From IMG/VR virus record IMGVR_UViG_3300045988_099307: a stretch of 31,813 nucleotides of DNA. One strand, 5' to 3'. A program made the position numbers and the translations under genes. The notes beneath the pieces are model-generated. The model saw only the letters and a program-made list of their open reading frames with translations, did not search any database and was not told the DNA's origin. The stretch comes from a virus. Below are positions 1-8,107 of the stretch, in pieces (positions within the stretch are counted from its first letter, which is position 1; each line of letters starts with the position of its first letter).

Positions 1-77
1 GCTCCGTCTATCAGCATAAGCGTATCAGACATAACGGCAAACTCCGTAAAGCTCTCTGCCTCCGCGTCTACAACGTG
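1..77. repeat. Terminal direct repeat, identical to 31737-31813 (circular-contig overlap or terminal redundancy)
   Basis: Read directly: the first 77 nt (gctccgtctatcagcataagcg...tctacaacgtg) recur exactly as the last 77 nt of the window. Confidence 0.95.
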
Positions 78-1587
78 CGATATATGGGACTATACAACGA
101 ATAACTGGGGCAGCTATAAGCAGTATTCGACCTCTGCGGGCACGAGCAACAGTATCACTATAACGGGGCTTTCCCCGAACACGTCTTATACTATCGCAGT
201 TAGAGCGCGAAAACAATATAATCACGTTGTCGGCTGGTCGGGCACAAAAACAATAAAGACACTCGGCGGCTCGGTGCTCTCCTCCGTAAGCACATTAACG
301 GCAGATAATGCGACAGCAAAAATAACGCTTTCGGCTACCGTCTACGATACGAGCTACAAACACAAGCTCGTATTAAAGGACGGCAGCACGACAGTTTTAA
401 CCCTTACGGGGCTTTCACTCTCGAACGGCTCAAATACAATTACACTTACAGCGGCGCAGCGCTCGTCTATCCTCGCGGATATGGCGGCAAAAAAGAGCTT
501 TACGGGCACGTTTAAGCTTTCGACTTTCAGCGGCTCCTCGCAAATCGGGAGCACCTCAACCAAAACGGCAACGGTACAAACGACCGCGGCAAACTCTGCG
601 CCGACGTTTTCGGGGTTTACCTATAAGGACACGAACACCACCGCGGCGGGAGTTACGGGAAATAATCAAATTTTGATACAGTCAGTATCAACGCTGCAAG
701 TTATCGCGTCAGCGGCAACAGCCAAAAACGGCGCGACCATTTCAAGCTACTCCGTTTCTGCGGGCGGCTCGACCGCCTCAAGCACAACCGTAACGCTGAA
801 CGTCGGCAAAATATACACCTCGGGCACGGTGCCTATAATCGTTACCGCAATCGACAGCCGCGGCTACACCTCCTCGGCTACGGTAAACATTACGGTTATA
901 GCCTATAAAAGCATAGACATAACAACTGCAATTATGCGGCGTGTAAACGAGATTGAGGACGTAACGCAAGTAACCCTTGAGGGAGATATTACACCCGTTA
1001 AGGTTAATAACGTCAATAAAAACACGCTGCGAAAGCTCTATTATCAGTATAAGAGGACAGACGCGAGCGCTTATAGCTCTTTGACCGATATAACGAGCTT
1101 TGCGACATTTAACGACAGCGGCTTTACGTTCACGTCGGACGAATGGTTAAGCCTGGACGCTAATTACTCCTGGTATGTGCGATTTTATGTTTATGATAAC
1201 CTAACGGGCGACACAGCAACAATAACCGTATCGCAGGGCACGCCCTTAATATCGTTCCGCCGAAAAAAAGTAGGCATAAATAAGCGGGAGCCCACCCAGG
1301 CGCTCGACGTTGACGGCAATATAGCCGCAAACGGAGTTATAGTCCTGGGATATGTAGGGCACGTCGAGGGCGACTTTAACAACTACAAAAACGGCGGTAT
1401 TTTCTTTGCGCCTACAACAAGCGGAATAAGCAACGCGCCGCCAGGCGGAGCGGGTTATCTCGAGGTACTCTCGACAACTGACGGCTTTAACCTTATTCAG
1501 CGTTACACCGCAACGGCGGCGGGCTGCAAGGTTTATATACGGTCATTTATCTTTAATACAAACTGGACTCCCTGGACGGAGAAATAA
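1..1587 (+). CDS. Tail fibre / distal tail structural protein, 3' part. It continues in frame from 31341-31813 across the circular junction. Contains an FN3-like domain and a C-terminal knob.
   Basis: Frame 1 is open from base 1 with no upstream stop and joins the ORF starting at 31341 in frame through the 77-bp overlap. APSISISVSDITANSVKLSAS...ITITGLSPNTSYTIAVRAR looks FN3-like. It sits directly after Tal. The 274 GTG start in the ORF track is internal. Confidence 0.75.
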   Translation, partial: APSISISVSDITANSVKLSASASTTCDIWDYTTNNWGSYKQYSTSAGTSNSITITGLSPNTSYTIAVRARKQYNHVVGWSGTKTIKTLGGSVLSSVSTLTADNATAKITLSATVYDTSYKHKLVLKDGSTTVLTLTGLSLSNGSNTITLTAAQRSSILADMAAKKSFTGTFKLSTFSGSSQIGSTSTKTATVQTTAANSAPTFSGFTYKDTNTTAAGVTGNNQILIQSVSTLQVIASAATAKNGATISSYSVSAGGSTASSTTVTLNVGKIYTSGTVPIIVTAIDSRGYTSSATVNITVIAYKSIDITTAIMRRVNEIEDVTQVTLEGDITPVKVNNVNKNTLRKLYYQYKRTDASAYSSLTDITSFATFNDSGFTFTSDEWLSLDANYSWYVRFYVYDNLTGDTATITVSQGTPLISFRRKKVGINKREPTQALDVDGNIAANGVIVLGYVGHVEGDFNNYKNGGIFFAPTTSGISNAPPGGAGYLEVLSTTDGFNLIQRYTATAAGCKVYIRSFIFNTNWTPWTEK

Positions 1588-1603
1588 GCAAGGAGGAAAC
1601 AAT

Positions 1604-3475
1604 ATGCAACTTACACACTCTATCGCGCTTGACTTTGGACGCGATACACTCCCTATTACGATTTTTGCAAAGCAGTACGACAAGGAGAGCCGCTTTGTTG
1701 AAATTGTGCCCCTCGAGTGCGGCAAGGATTACACGCTCGAAAGCGGAGTAACTGCTCGCTTGCAGCTTACAAAGCCCGACGGTCATACCGTACTCAAAAC
1801 GGCAACGATTGCAAACGGCGTTATCAAAGTCGAGCTCACGGAGCAAACGCTCGCCGTCGCGGGTACTGCCGTTGCGGAAATCGGGCTTTACAAGGGTAAC
1901 TCCCTTTTAAGCTCGCAAATTTTCTATATTGAAATTAAGCGAGCAGCTTATAACCCCGACGCACCCGCAAGCTCCGACGAATACCCCGCGTTAATTGACG
2001 CGCTCGGCAAGGTTGAAACCTCCGTAGGCTCTGCTAATTCCGCGGCAGCGGCAGCAAACGCAGCAGCAACGAAAGCGGAAACAGCGGCAGGCGGAGCCGA
2101 TACTGCCGCGCAAAACGCGACCTCGGCAGCGTCAGCGGCTAATAATGCCGCAAGCGGTGCAAATACCGCAAAAACGAACGCAAATAACGCAGCCTCCGCA
2201 GCGAATACCGCAGCGGGAGCGGCTAACTCTGCGGCAGCAGCAGCTAACGAGGCAGCAGAGGCAGCAGAGGGCGCGGAAAACGTTAATATCTCCGCTACGC
2301 AAACGACAACGGGAGCGGACATTACCGTTACCAACCGAGAGGGAGAACAAACGACCGTACATATTGACACGCTTACAGCGGTTAATACCTGGGAGGATAT
2401 TAAAAACGCCGTCCGCCTCGGACTCGGAGAAAAACTCTTTCCCGTTGGCTACGAGTTTACCACCCTCGACGCTGATACTACGCAAAATATTATATGGGTT
2501 GTGAGGGCGCACGACCACCATACAGCGGCAAATAATAAGCTCACGCATACAATGACGCTTGAAACAAAGAACGTTTACAGCTTGTCGAGCGGGGCGCAAA
2601 AGGCGGTACAGTACGACGCGACCGAGGCTTTTTATTTTGCGGAACTCGGACTCGCGGCGGGCACTTATAACATCACGATTGCAAATCAAGCCTGGTACAC
2701 CGCCGACAACGGCAAAACGTTTCAATTTGAGCTTACAAAGGCGCTCCCCGTGGGCGGTCAGCTCGTATTTGCTATGACCTATAACGCTACCCTCGAGGGC
2801 AAAAGCGTTAAAAGCTATGCAAATAAGACTACGACAACGGCACTTGAAACCGTTACTCTTACGGAGGGCTCCGAGGGTACAAGCCTCGGTACAACGAACG
2901 GGAGCAGCCCTAACGTAAACCATATGCACCGCGCTATTTTCGGCAGCAATAACTACGCTCAATCCGCCGTCCGTCAATGGCTTAATAGCGCCGCCGTAGC
3001 GGGCTCGGTTTGGACTCCTACTAACGTATTTGACCGTCCCGCGTCCTGGGCGACAAGCTATAACGGTTTTATGCACGGTTTGCCCGCTGACTTCCTGGCG
3101 GTTGTGCAGCCCGCCGTACTTGCTTGCCGTACAAATTCGCTCTTTGAGGTTGAAAGCCTCGACGGTACGGCTTTTGCTATCAATCAGCTTTACAGCCTTA
3201 AAGCGGATAAGTTTTTCCTACTCTCCCGCCCTGAAATTTTCGGGAATTGGGACAGCGAGAGTTACAAGGACGGTACGCAGCTCGAATATTATAACGGTTT
3301 GACGGCGACCGAGCGTATCAAACGCGACGCGGCGGGTACGGCGCGTTACGCTTGGTTGCGTTCTCCTAACCCGTCCAGCGCGATCAGCGCGCGCATTGTC
3401 TACTCCTCGGGCGAAGTGACCAACGACTGTGCGTACTACGGTCACGGCGTAGCCCCCGCTTGTATAATCGCATAA
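1604..3475 (+). CDS. DGR target protein 1: receptor-binding tail protein with a BppU-N-like N-terminus, an Ala/Asn-rich coiled coil, and a C-terminal lectin-fold (DUF6273/FGE-like) domain ending in VR1
   Basis: AGGAGG RBS before the ATG at 1604. The N-terminal 110 aa resemble a baseplate upper protein N-domain. The C-terminus ...YAWLRSPNPSSAISARIVYSSGEVTNDCAYYGHGVAPACIIA is homologous to the TR with adenine-only differences. Confidence 0.9.
   Translation: MQLTHSIALDFGRDTLPITIFAKQYDKESRFVEIVPLECGKDYTLESGVTARLQLTKPDGHTVLKTATIANGVIKVELTEQTLAVAGTAVAEIGLYKGNSLLSSQIFYIEIKRAAYNPDAPASSDEYPALIDALGKVETSVGSANSAAAAANAAATKAETAAGGADTAAQNATSAASAANNAASGANTAKTNANNAASAANTAAGAANSAAAAANEAAEAAEGAENVNISATQTTTGADITVTNREGEQTTVHIDTLTAVNTWEDIKNAVRLGLGEKLFPVGYEFTTLDADTTQNIIWVVRAHDHHTAANNKLTHTMTLETKNVYSLSSGAQKAVQYDATEAFYFAELGLAAGTYNITIANQAWYTADNGKTFQFELTKALPVGGQLVFAMTYNATLEGKSVKSYANKTTTTALETVTLTEGSEGTSLGTTNGSSPNVNHMHRAIFGSNNYAQSAVRQWLNSAAVAGSVWTPTNVFDRPASWATSYNGFMHGLPADFLAVVQPAVLACRTNSLFEVESLDGTAFAINQLYSLKADKFFLLSRPEIFGNWDSESYKDGTQLEYYNGLTATERIKRDAAGTARYAWLRSPNPSSAISARIVYSSGEVTNDCAYYGHGVAPACIIA
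2032..2285 (+). repeat. Low-complexity Ala/Asn/Thr-rich segment (putative trimeric coiled-coil stalk) inside target protein 1
   Basis: Translation is SANSAAAAANAAATKAETAAGGADTAAQNATSAASAANNAASGANTAKTNANNAASAANTAAGAANSAAAAANEAAEAAEGAE. The GCN-rich DNA also produces spurious long ORFs in other frames. Confidence 0.7.
3335..3463 (+). repeat. DGR variable repeat 1 (VR1)
   Basis: Ungapped alignment to TR 3962-4090 (offset 627) gives 12 mismatches in 129 positions, all at TR adenines: 3974, 4005, 4011, 4014, 4028, 4047, 4052, 4055, 4056, 4064, 4070, 4086. Confidence 0.93.
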
Positions 3476-3483
3476 TCGCAAAT

Positions 3484-3501
3484 CCGCCTCGGTAGAGGCG
3501 G
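3484..3501 (+). promoter_or_regulatory. GC hairpin 20 nt downstream of VR1 (candidate DGR target-recognition hairpin)
   Basis: ccgcctc-ggta-gaggcgg: 7-bp stem with a 4-nt loop and no T-run. The same motif follows VR2 and is absent after the TR. Confidence 0.65.
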
Positions 3502-3528
3502 GAAAAGCGATTAAAAGGAGGTTTTTAT

Positions 3529-3936
3529 ATGAGTGTGCGAAAAGGCGACCGCGGCGAGGGAAAACTGCAAGTGCTTAACAAAGCGCGGGAGCTCAAGAAA
3601 TACACCCTCGGGCTGATAAAATCGGAGAAACATTTTCCGAAGTCTACACGGTGGATATATGCCTCTCCGATAGTAAACGAAATACGGGAGGCGTGCGTAT
3701 GTATTCGGCACGCAAACTCCGTATTTGTAACAAACGACGAGGAGTACACATACCGCCGTATGGAGCAAGTCAAGGCACACGCGCACCTCGACGCTCTTTT
3801 AGACCTGGCGGACGACGCATACGACGCGGGCTACATATCGGGAAATCAAGTAGAGTATTGGACGGGCTTAATACTCAAAACCGACGACCTCTTGAAAGCC
3901 TGGATTAAGTCGGATAAAGAAAAATATCAAAAATAA
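3529..3936 (+). CDS. avd: Accessory variability determinant (Avd)-like four-helix-bundle protein
   Basis: A 135-aa basic helical protein located between the target gene and the TR/RT. It has an AGGAGG RBS and resembles the Avd / 23S rRNA-IVS protein family. Confidence 0.8.
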   Translation: MSVRKGDRGEGKLQVLNKARELKKYTLGLIKSEKHFPKSTRWIYASPIVNEIREACVCIRHANSVFVTNDEEYTYRRMEQVKAHAHLDALLDLADDAYDAGYISGNQVEYWTGLILKTDDLLKAWIKSDKEKYQK

Positions 3937-3961
3937 ATCATAGGGCGGTTACTATATTTGC

Positions 3962-4090
3962 GGTACGGCGCGTAACGCTTGGTTGCGTTCTCCTAACCCG
4001 TCCAACGCGAACAACGCGCGCATTGTCAACTCCTCGGGCGAAGTGAACAACAACAATGCGTACAACGGTAACGGCGTAGCCCCCGATTGT
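3962..4090 (+). repeat. DGR template repeat (TR), non-coding template RNA region
   Basis: The region is rich in AAC/AAT codons (the virtual translation reads RSPNPSNANNARIVNSSGEVNNNNAYNGNGVAPDC). It is the invariant partner of VR1 and VR2. It lies between avd and the RT with no RBS or start codon of its own. Confidence 0.93.
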
Positions 4091-4178
4091 GGGATTAGTC
4101 AGTATTCAAGTAGTCGAAAGACCAAAGCAGCACAGCTCACACAAGGAGCGACCGTCCTAACTCCGAAAGGAGGAAATA

Positions 4179-5279
4179 TTGCGGGCGACAAAGGTACCTC
4201 GCGGGGTAGTCCTTTTATATGCGTCCGCTTTTCTTATGGCATACGAGCAAGTAATTTCCTTTGATAATCTGTATAAAGGCTTAAAAGAGAGCTGCCGTAA
4301 TATCCGTTGGAAAGATAGCACCGTAGGATATGAGGGTAACGCGCTTAAAAATACCTATCGTTTGCGGCAAACGCTGCTTAACGGTACGTACAAAATAGAC
4401 CGATACCAACATTTCACGATATACGAGCCGAAACGTCGGGACATTGTAGCCACAAGGTTAAAAGACCGACAATTTCAGCGTTCGCTCTGCGACAACGGCT
4501 TTTATGAGCAGATTACAAAATCCTTTATAACAGATAATTGCGCTTGCCTCAAGGGGCGCGGCGTAGACTATACGCTAAACCGTATGACCGCACATCTGCG
4601 GCGGTATTATGCCGCGCACGGTTGCGACGGTTGGGTGCTTAAATGTGATATACGGCATTATTTCCAAAGCATACGGCACGACATAGCAAAGGCAGCAATA
4701 TGCAAGCGGGTTACAGATACTCAAATTGCGGAGCGGGCTTGCGAAATTGTGGACTCTTTCGGGGAAATCGGGTTAGGGCTCGGCTCCCAGGTATCGCAGC
4801 TTGTAGCTCTCGCCGTCCTGGACGACCTCGACCATTTCATAAAGGAGCGGTTGAGAATAAAGCATTATATCCGATATATGGACGACTTTATTTTAGTACA
4901 CGAGGACAAAGAGTATTTGCGGCAATGCAAAAAGGAAATCGAGGCGCGCCTATTCGCCCTCGGCTTACAGCTCAACGATAAAACGGCGCTTTACCCATTG
5001 CGCCAGGGAGTAAAGCTCCTACAATGGCGGTTTATCGTTACCGATACGGGCGCGATAATCCGCAAAATGGGTAAAAAGAAACAGAGCAAGCAGCGCCGCA
5101 AGCTCAAAAAGCTATACGCAAAAGAGCGCCGCGGAGAGTATGCGCCAGGGACGGCGCACGAGTCGCTCGTTTCCTGGCTTGCAAATGCCGCCCGCGGAGA
5201 TACCTACCACGAGCGGCTCAAAATGATAAATTATTTTAAGAATATGGAGGCTACATACAATGCAAGAGAATATCTATAA
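4179..5279 (+). CDS. DGR reverse transcriptase
   Basis: An IRYMDDFILV (YxDD) box and RT motifs (IYEPKRRDI, GLGLGSQVSQ) are present. A TTG start at 4179 sits 4-5 nt after AAAGGAGGA. An alternative ATG at 4236 (MAYEQVISFDNLYKGLKE) matches typical DGR RT N-termini. Confidence 0.92.
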   Translation: MRATKVPRGVVLLYASAFLMAYEQVISFDNLYKGLKESCRNIRWKDSTVGYEGNALKNTYRLRQTLLNGTYKIDRYQHFTIYEPKRRDIVATRLKDRQFQRSLCDNGFYEQITKSFITDNCACLKGRGVDYTLNRMTAHLRRYYAAHGCDGWVLKCDIRHYFQSIRHDIAKAAICKRVTDTQIAERACEIVDSFGEIGLGLGSQVSQLVALAVLDDLDHFIKERLRIKHYIRYMDDFILVHEDKEYLRQCKKEIEARLFALGLQLNDKTALYPLRQGVKLLQWRFIVTDTGAIIRKMGKKKQSKQRRKLKKLYAKERRGEYAPGTAHESLVSWLANAARGDTYHERLKMINYFKNMEATYNAREYL

Positions 5280-5655
5280 AAGACTCGCACAGGCGGAGGC
5301 AATGGCAGCGGCGCAGAAAGCGGAAACAATGGAGGTACTGCAAGCGGCATATAAGCGAGCTTGCGAGGAACTCAACGAGGAGGACGCGGCAGCGTTTGCC
5401 CGCAAAATCCGCGATAAACTCCTTAACGAAACCGATAGCCGTGTAGCTCTCGACCGCTTTAATATCAGCGTGCCGAGCGGGACCTCTTTTACCGCCTGGC
5501 TTTCGTTCTTAAAATCGCTCGGAGAAATTATTACGGGAGCCTGGGCAATATATCGCCAGGCGCTCCGCGACCTCCCCGAACAAGAGGGCTTTCCGTTTAA
5601 TGTTACTTTCCCCGCCCCTCCCGAGGTTGAGAACGACGGGACAGAGGGCGAGTAA
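5260..5655 (+). CDS. Hypothetical protein, possibly a tail-fibre assembly or chaperone-like protein
   Basis: GGAGG RBS; the gene overlaps the RT stop. The RKIRDKLLNETDSRVALDRF segment resembles tail-fibre assembly/DUF4376-type motifs, but the resemblance is weak. Confidence 0.5.
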   Translation: MQENIYKRLAQAEAMAAAQKAETMEVLQAAYKRACEELNEEDAAAFARKIRDKLLNETDSRVALDRFNISVPSGTSFTAWLSFLKSLGEIITGAWAIYRQALRDLPEQEGFPFNVTFPAPPEVENDGTEGE

Positions 5656-5834
5656 TGGGAAATTATGAGCTTATAGAGGAGCTTTGCAGCGTGGCAAGGC
5701 TGCAAGCGGATATTATACAAAAGCAAGCCGAGGCTATCGCTCAAGCAGAAATTGCCGAAAGCGTAGCGGCTGACCTTGCCGAAATGAGAAAACAGGCAGC
5801 GGACACTCTCGCCCGCTGCGAAAAAGAGCTTTAA
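5655..5834 (+). CDS. Small helical hypothetical protein (59 aa)
   Basis: TAATG stop/start overlap with the upstream gene. Translates to MGNYELIEELCSVARLQADIIQKQAEAIAQAEIAESVAADLAEMRKQAADTLARCEKEL. It falls below the size cutoff of the ORF track. Confidence 0.45.
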   Translation: MGNYELIEELCSVARLQADIIQKQAEAIAQAEIAESVAADLAEMRKQAADTLARCEKEL

Positions 5835-5847
5835 GGAGGCGGAGGCT

Positions 5848-6162
5848 ATGTTAGATACGTTTTTATCCTGGCTTATACCGTTTCTTTGCGGCGGTGCCGT
5901 AACATTTGCGGGCACTATGCTAATTAAGCTCAAGGCAATTAAAAACGGCTTACAATGCCTTTTGCGAGCTGAAATAATCCGCTCATACGATAAGTATACC
6001 GAGCGCGGTTATTGCCCTCTTTATGCAAAAGAGGCACTCACAAGGGCATATAAAGCATATCACGCCCTCGGCGGTAATGACGTAGCGACAGAATTATATC
6101 ACGATATTATGGAGCTGCCGACAGAGCCGCACAAGGAGCAAACCGAGAAAGGAGGAAAATAA
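5848..6162 (+). CDS. Membrane-anchored protein at the start of the lysis cassette (possible holin partner)
   Basis: AAGGAGG RBS; a single N-terminal hydrophobic helix (FLSWLIPFLCGGAVTFAGTMLI); located immediately upstream of the holin. Confidence 0.5.
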   Translation: MLDTFLSWLIPFLCGGAVTFAGTMLIKLKAIKNGLQCLLRAEIIRSYDKYTERGYCPLYAKEALTRAYKAYHALGGNDVATELYHDIMELPTEPHKEQTEKGGK

Positions 6163-6166
6163 TACA

Positions 6167-6439
6167 ATGGAGAAAAAGAAAGTATCGGTTGAAACCGTAG
6201 TACGTACTATTGTGCTTGTGGTAACGCTGCTTAACCAGGTTTTAACTATGCTCGGCAAAAACCCGCTGCCCTTTGCAGAGGACGAGCTGTACTCTATGCT
6301 CACGGCTGCCGCCACCGTAGCGGCTACGCTTTGGGCTTGGTGGAAAAACAACAGCTTTACCTCGGCAGCTATCCAAGCAGACGAGTATATGAAAGAAATC
6401 AAGCACGAAAACGCGAGTTATACAGAAAGCGAGGATTAA
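6167..6439 (+). CDS. Holin, phiLC3-like family
   Basis: TIVLVVTLLNQVLTMLGKNPLPF...AATLWAWWKNNSFTSAA matches the characteristic phiLC3-type holin signature. Located just upstream of the endolysin. Confidence 0.8.
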   Translation: MEKKKVSVETVVRTIVLVVTLLNQVLTMLGKNPLPFAEDELYSMLTAAATVAATLWAWWKNNSFTSAAIQADEYMKEIKHENASYTESED

Positions 6440-6445
6440 AACAGT

Positions 6446-7450
6446 ATGAACATCATTACGGCATACGCAACAAAGAACGATTGCTACAAGGCGGCGCGGA
6501 AAATGAAACCCGCGGGCATTGTCGTACATAGTACGGGTGCAAATAACCCGTACTTGAAACGCTACGTTGACGCACCCGACGAGGTGGGCGTAAACCAGTA
6601 CGGCAACCATTGGAATAACCCCGCCTCGGTAATGAAACGCTCCGTTTGCGTTCACTCCTTTATCGGCTACGATAAAAACGGAGCCGTAAGGGTTGCAAAC
6701 ATTCTCCCGTACAATTATTGTTGTTGGGGCGTTGGGAGCGGCTCGAAAGGCTCTTATAATTACAACCCCGCATATATTCAGTTTGAAATGTGCGAGGACG
6801 GGCTCACGAACAAGGCGTATTTTGAGGCGGTGCGCGATACCGCTATTGAGTATTGCGCTTATCTCTGCAAGGAGTACGGCTTGTCGGTTGATAATATCGT
6901 AAGCCACCGCGAGGCGCACGCTCTCGGTTATGGAAGTAACCACGGCGACCCCGATAACTGGTGGAAAAACTTTTCCTACACAATGGATATGTTCCGCACC
7001 GCGGTAAAAGCAAAGCTCGCAGCACAAGTCAAGCCCGCAGAGCAGCCGAAACCCTCGGAGGATAAAACTCTGTACCGTGTGCAGACGGGGGCTTTCAGCA
7101 AAAAGAGCAACGCTACCGCCCTTGCCGATAAGCTCAAAGCCGCGGGCTTTGATACCTACATTGTGCAGAGCGGCAATCTCTATAAAGTCCAGGTCGGAGC
7201 CTACTCCGTAAAGGCAAACGCCGACACTATGGCGGCAAAGCTCAAGGCGGCGGGCTACGACACATTTATTACTACAAAGAGCGGTACGGCGGTAGGTGCT
7301 GACACCGCGCCGAAAAAGTCCGTTGACGAAATCGCCCGCGAGGTTATCCGCGGAGCCTGGGGCAACGGTGCAGACCGCAAAAACAGGCTTACAGCCGCGG
7401 GCTATGATTATAGCGCCGTGCAGAGCCGCGTAAACGCTCTGCTTAAATAG
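6446..7450 (+). CDS. Endolysin: N-acetylmuramoyl-L-alanine amidase (Amidase_2/PGRP) with two SPOR repeats and a C-terminal Cpl-7 (CW_7) repeat
   Basis: GIVVHSTGANN...SHREAH amidase motifs; two YRVQTGAFS/YKVQVGAYS SPOR-like repeats; DEIAREVIRGAWGNGADRKNRLTAAGYDYSAVQSRVNALL is Cpl-7-like. Confidence 0.85.
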   Translation: MNIITAYATKNDCYKAARKMKPAGIVVHSTGANNPYLKRYVDAPDEVGVNQYGNHWNNPASVMKRSVCVHSFIGYDKNGAVRVANILPYNYCCWGVGSGSKGSYNYNPAYIQFEMCEDGLTNKAYFEAVRDTAIEYCAYLCKEYGLSVDNIVSHREAHALGYGSNHGDPDNWWKNFSYTMDMFRTAVKAKLAAQVKPAEQPKPSEDKTLYRVQTGAFSKKSNATALADKLKAAGFDTYIVQSGNLYKVQVGAYSVKANADTMAAKLKAAGYDTFITTKSGTAVGADTAPKKSVDEIAREVIRGAWGNGADRKNRLTAAGYDYSAVQSRVNALLK

Positions 7451-7475
7451 TCCTCCTTAAATTCACATAGGAAAA

Positions 7476-7512
7476 GCGGCGGGATTGAGGGAAACCTCGC
7501 CCGCCGCTTTTT
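7476..7512 (+). terminator. Rho-independent terminator after the endolysin
   Basis: gcggcggg (7476-7483) pairs with cccgccgc (7500-7507), followed by ttttt. Confidence 0.75.
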
Positions 7513-7535
7513 CACTTTCCGAAAGGAGTCGAAGT

Positions 7536-8069
7536 ATGGCAAATAAATATAACATAACCTTTGTAGACAAAAGCGACGAGGCGAAAAAAACAATAATAGG
7601 GCTCTCAAAAACAGCTCTGCGAGCCTCGGGAAAAGTCGTGCGGAAATACTTACGCGAAAACGTGCCCGTCCGTTCAAAGCGTTTCAAAAACCATATAGGC
7701 ACCTGGGTTATGATAAATTATTCTACGGGGCAGCCGACGCTACAAGTCGGCTTTTACTCTTGGCAAAAAGTCAAGAAAAAGAATAAATTACCCTCGCACG
7801 CCTCGCCGCATTGGGTAGAGTTTGGAGTAAAACCGCATACTATGCCGAAAGACGGCAAACGGGCGTTTATGAGGTACGAAAACAATATATACGGTTTTCA
7901 CGTCAACCACCCAGGCACGAGAGCAACAAACGTATTGCGCGACACCGTGCAGAATAATATCGGAGAAATACGCGCAGCACAAGAGGAATACTTAAAAGAA
8001 ATGACAAAATCGTTTGAGGAGGCGGGCTTGAAAATAGACAAGGGCGACGAGTTCGAGGACGACGACTAA
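7536..8069 (+). CDS. HK97 gp10-family head-tail (tail-completion) protein, displaced from the structural module
   Basis: AAAGGAG RBS with an ATG at 7536 (the track start at 7485 lies inside the terminator). A VEFG motif and overall gp10-family pattern are present. Confidence 0.6.
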   Translation: MANKYNITFVDKSDEAKKTIIGLSKTALRASGKVVRKYLRENVPVRSKRFKNHIGTWVMINYSTGQPTLQVGFYSWQKVKKKNKLPSHASPHWVEFGVKPHTMPKDGKRAFMRYENNIYGFHVNHPGTRATNVLRDTVQNNIGEIRAAQEEYLKEMTKSFEEAGLKIDKGDEFEDDD

Positions 8070-8074
8070 AGCAA

Positions 8075-8107
8075 AAGGCGGGGGCAATAAGCCTCCGCCT
8101 TATTTTT
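8075..8107. terminator. Bidirectional terminator between convergent genes
   Basis: aaggcggggg / cctccgcctt hairpin flanked by an A-run on the left and a T-run on the right. Confidence 0.7.

Noticed and set aside
1948-3076. Long antisense and alternative-frame ORFs (1948-2370 minus, 2132-3076 minus, 2145-2504 plus) within DGR target gene 1
   Set aside because: They are artefacts of the GCN-rich Ala/Asn low-complexity tract. Their translations are poly-Ala or Arg/Cys-rich, they lack RBSs, and they lie fully inside a well-supported gene.
3983-4264. 93-aa ORF (MRSPNPSNANNARIVNSSGEVNNNNAYNGNGVAP...) listed in the track
   Set aside because: This is the virtual translation of the DGR template repeat and the TR-RT spacer. 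It has no RBS, its N-rich sequence is the AAC template design, and it runs into the RT start region. I treat it as non-coding template RNA rather than a gene.
5274-7027. Minus-strand ORFs 5274-5933 (219 aa) and 6242-7027 (261 aa)
   Set aside because: They are antisense to tightly packed, RBS-supported plus-strand genes (chaperone-like gene, holins, endolysin). Their composition is Ser/Arg/Cys-rich, with no start context and no recognisable domains.
7485-7535. Upstream start extensions offered by the ORF track: 7485 for gp10, 8486 for HIRAN, 9427 for the transposase, 10730 for the HTH protein, 10896 for the 11013 gene, 12798, 16322 for the Rep, 20604 for the portal, 24349, and 28977
   Set aside because: In each case a downstream start has a properly spaced GGAG-type RBS. 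The extension overlaps a terminator, a promoter, a repeat or the preceding gene.
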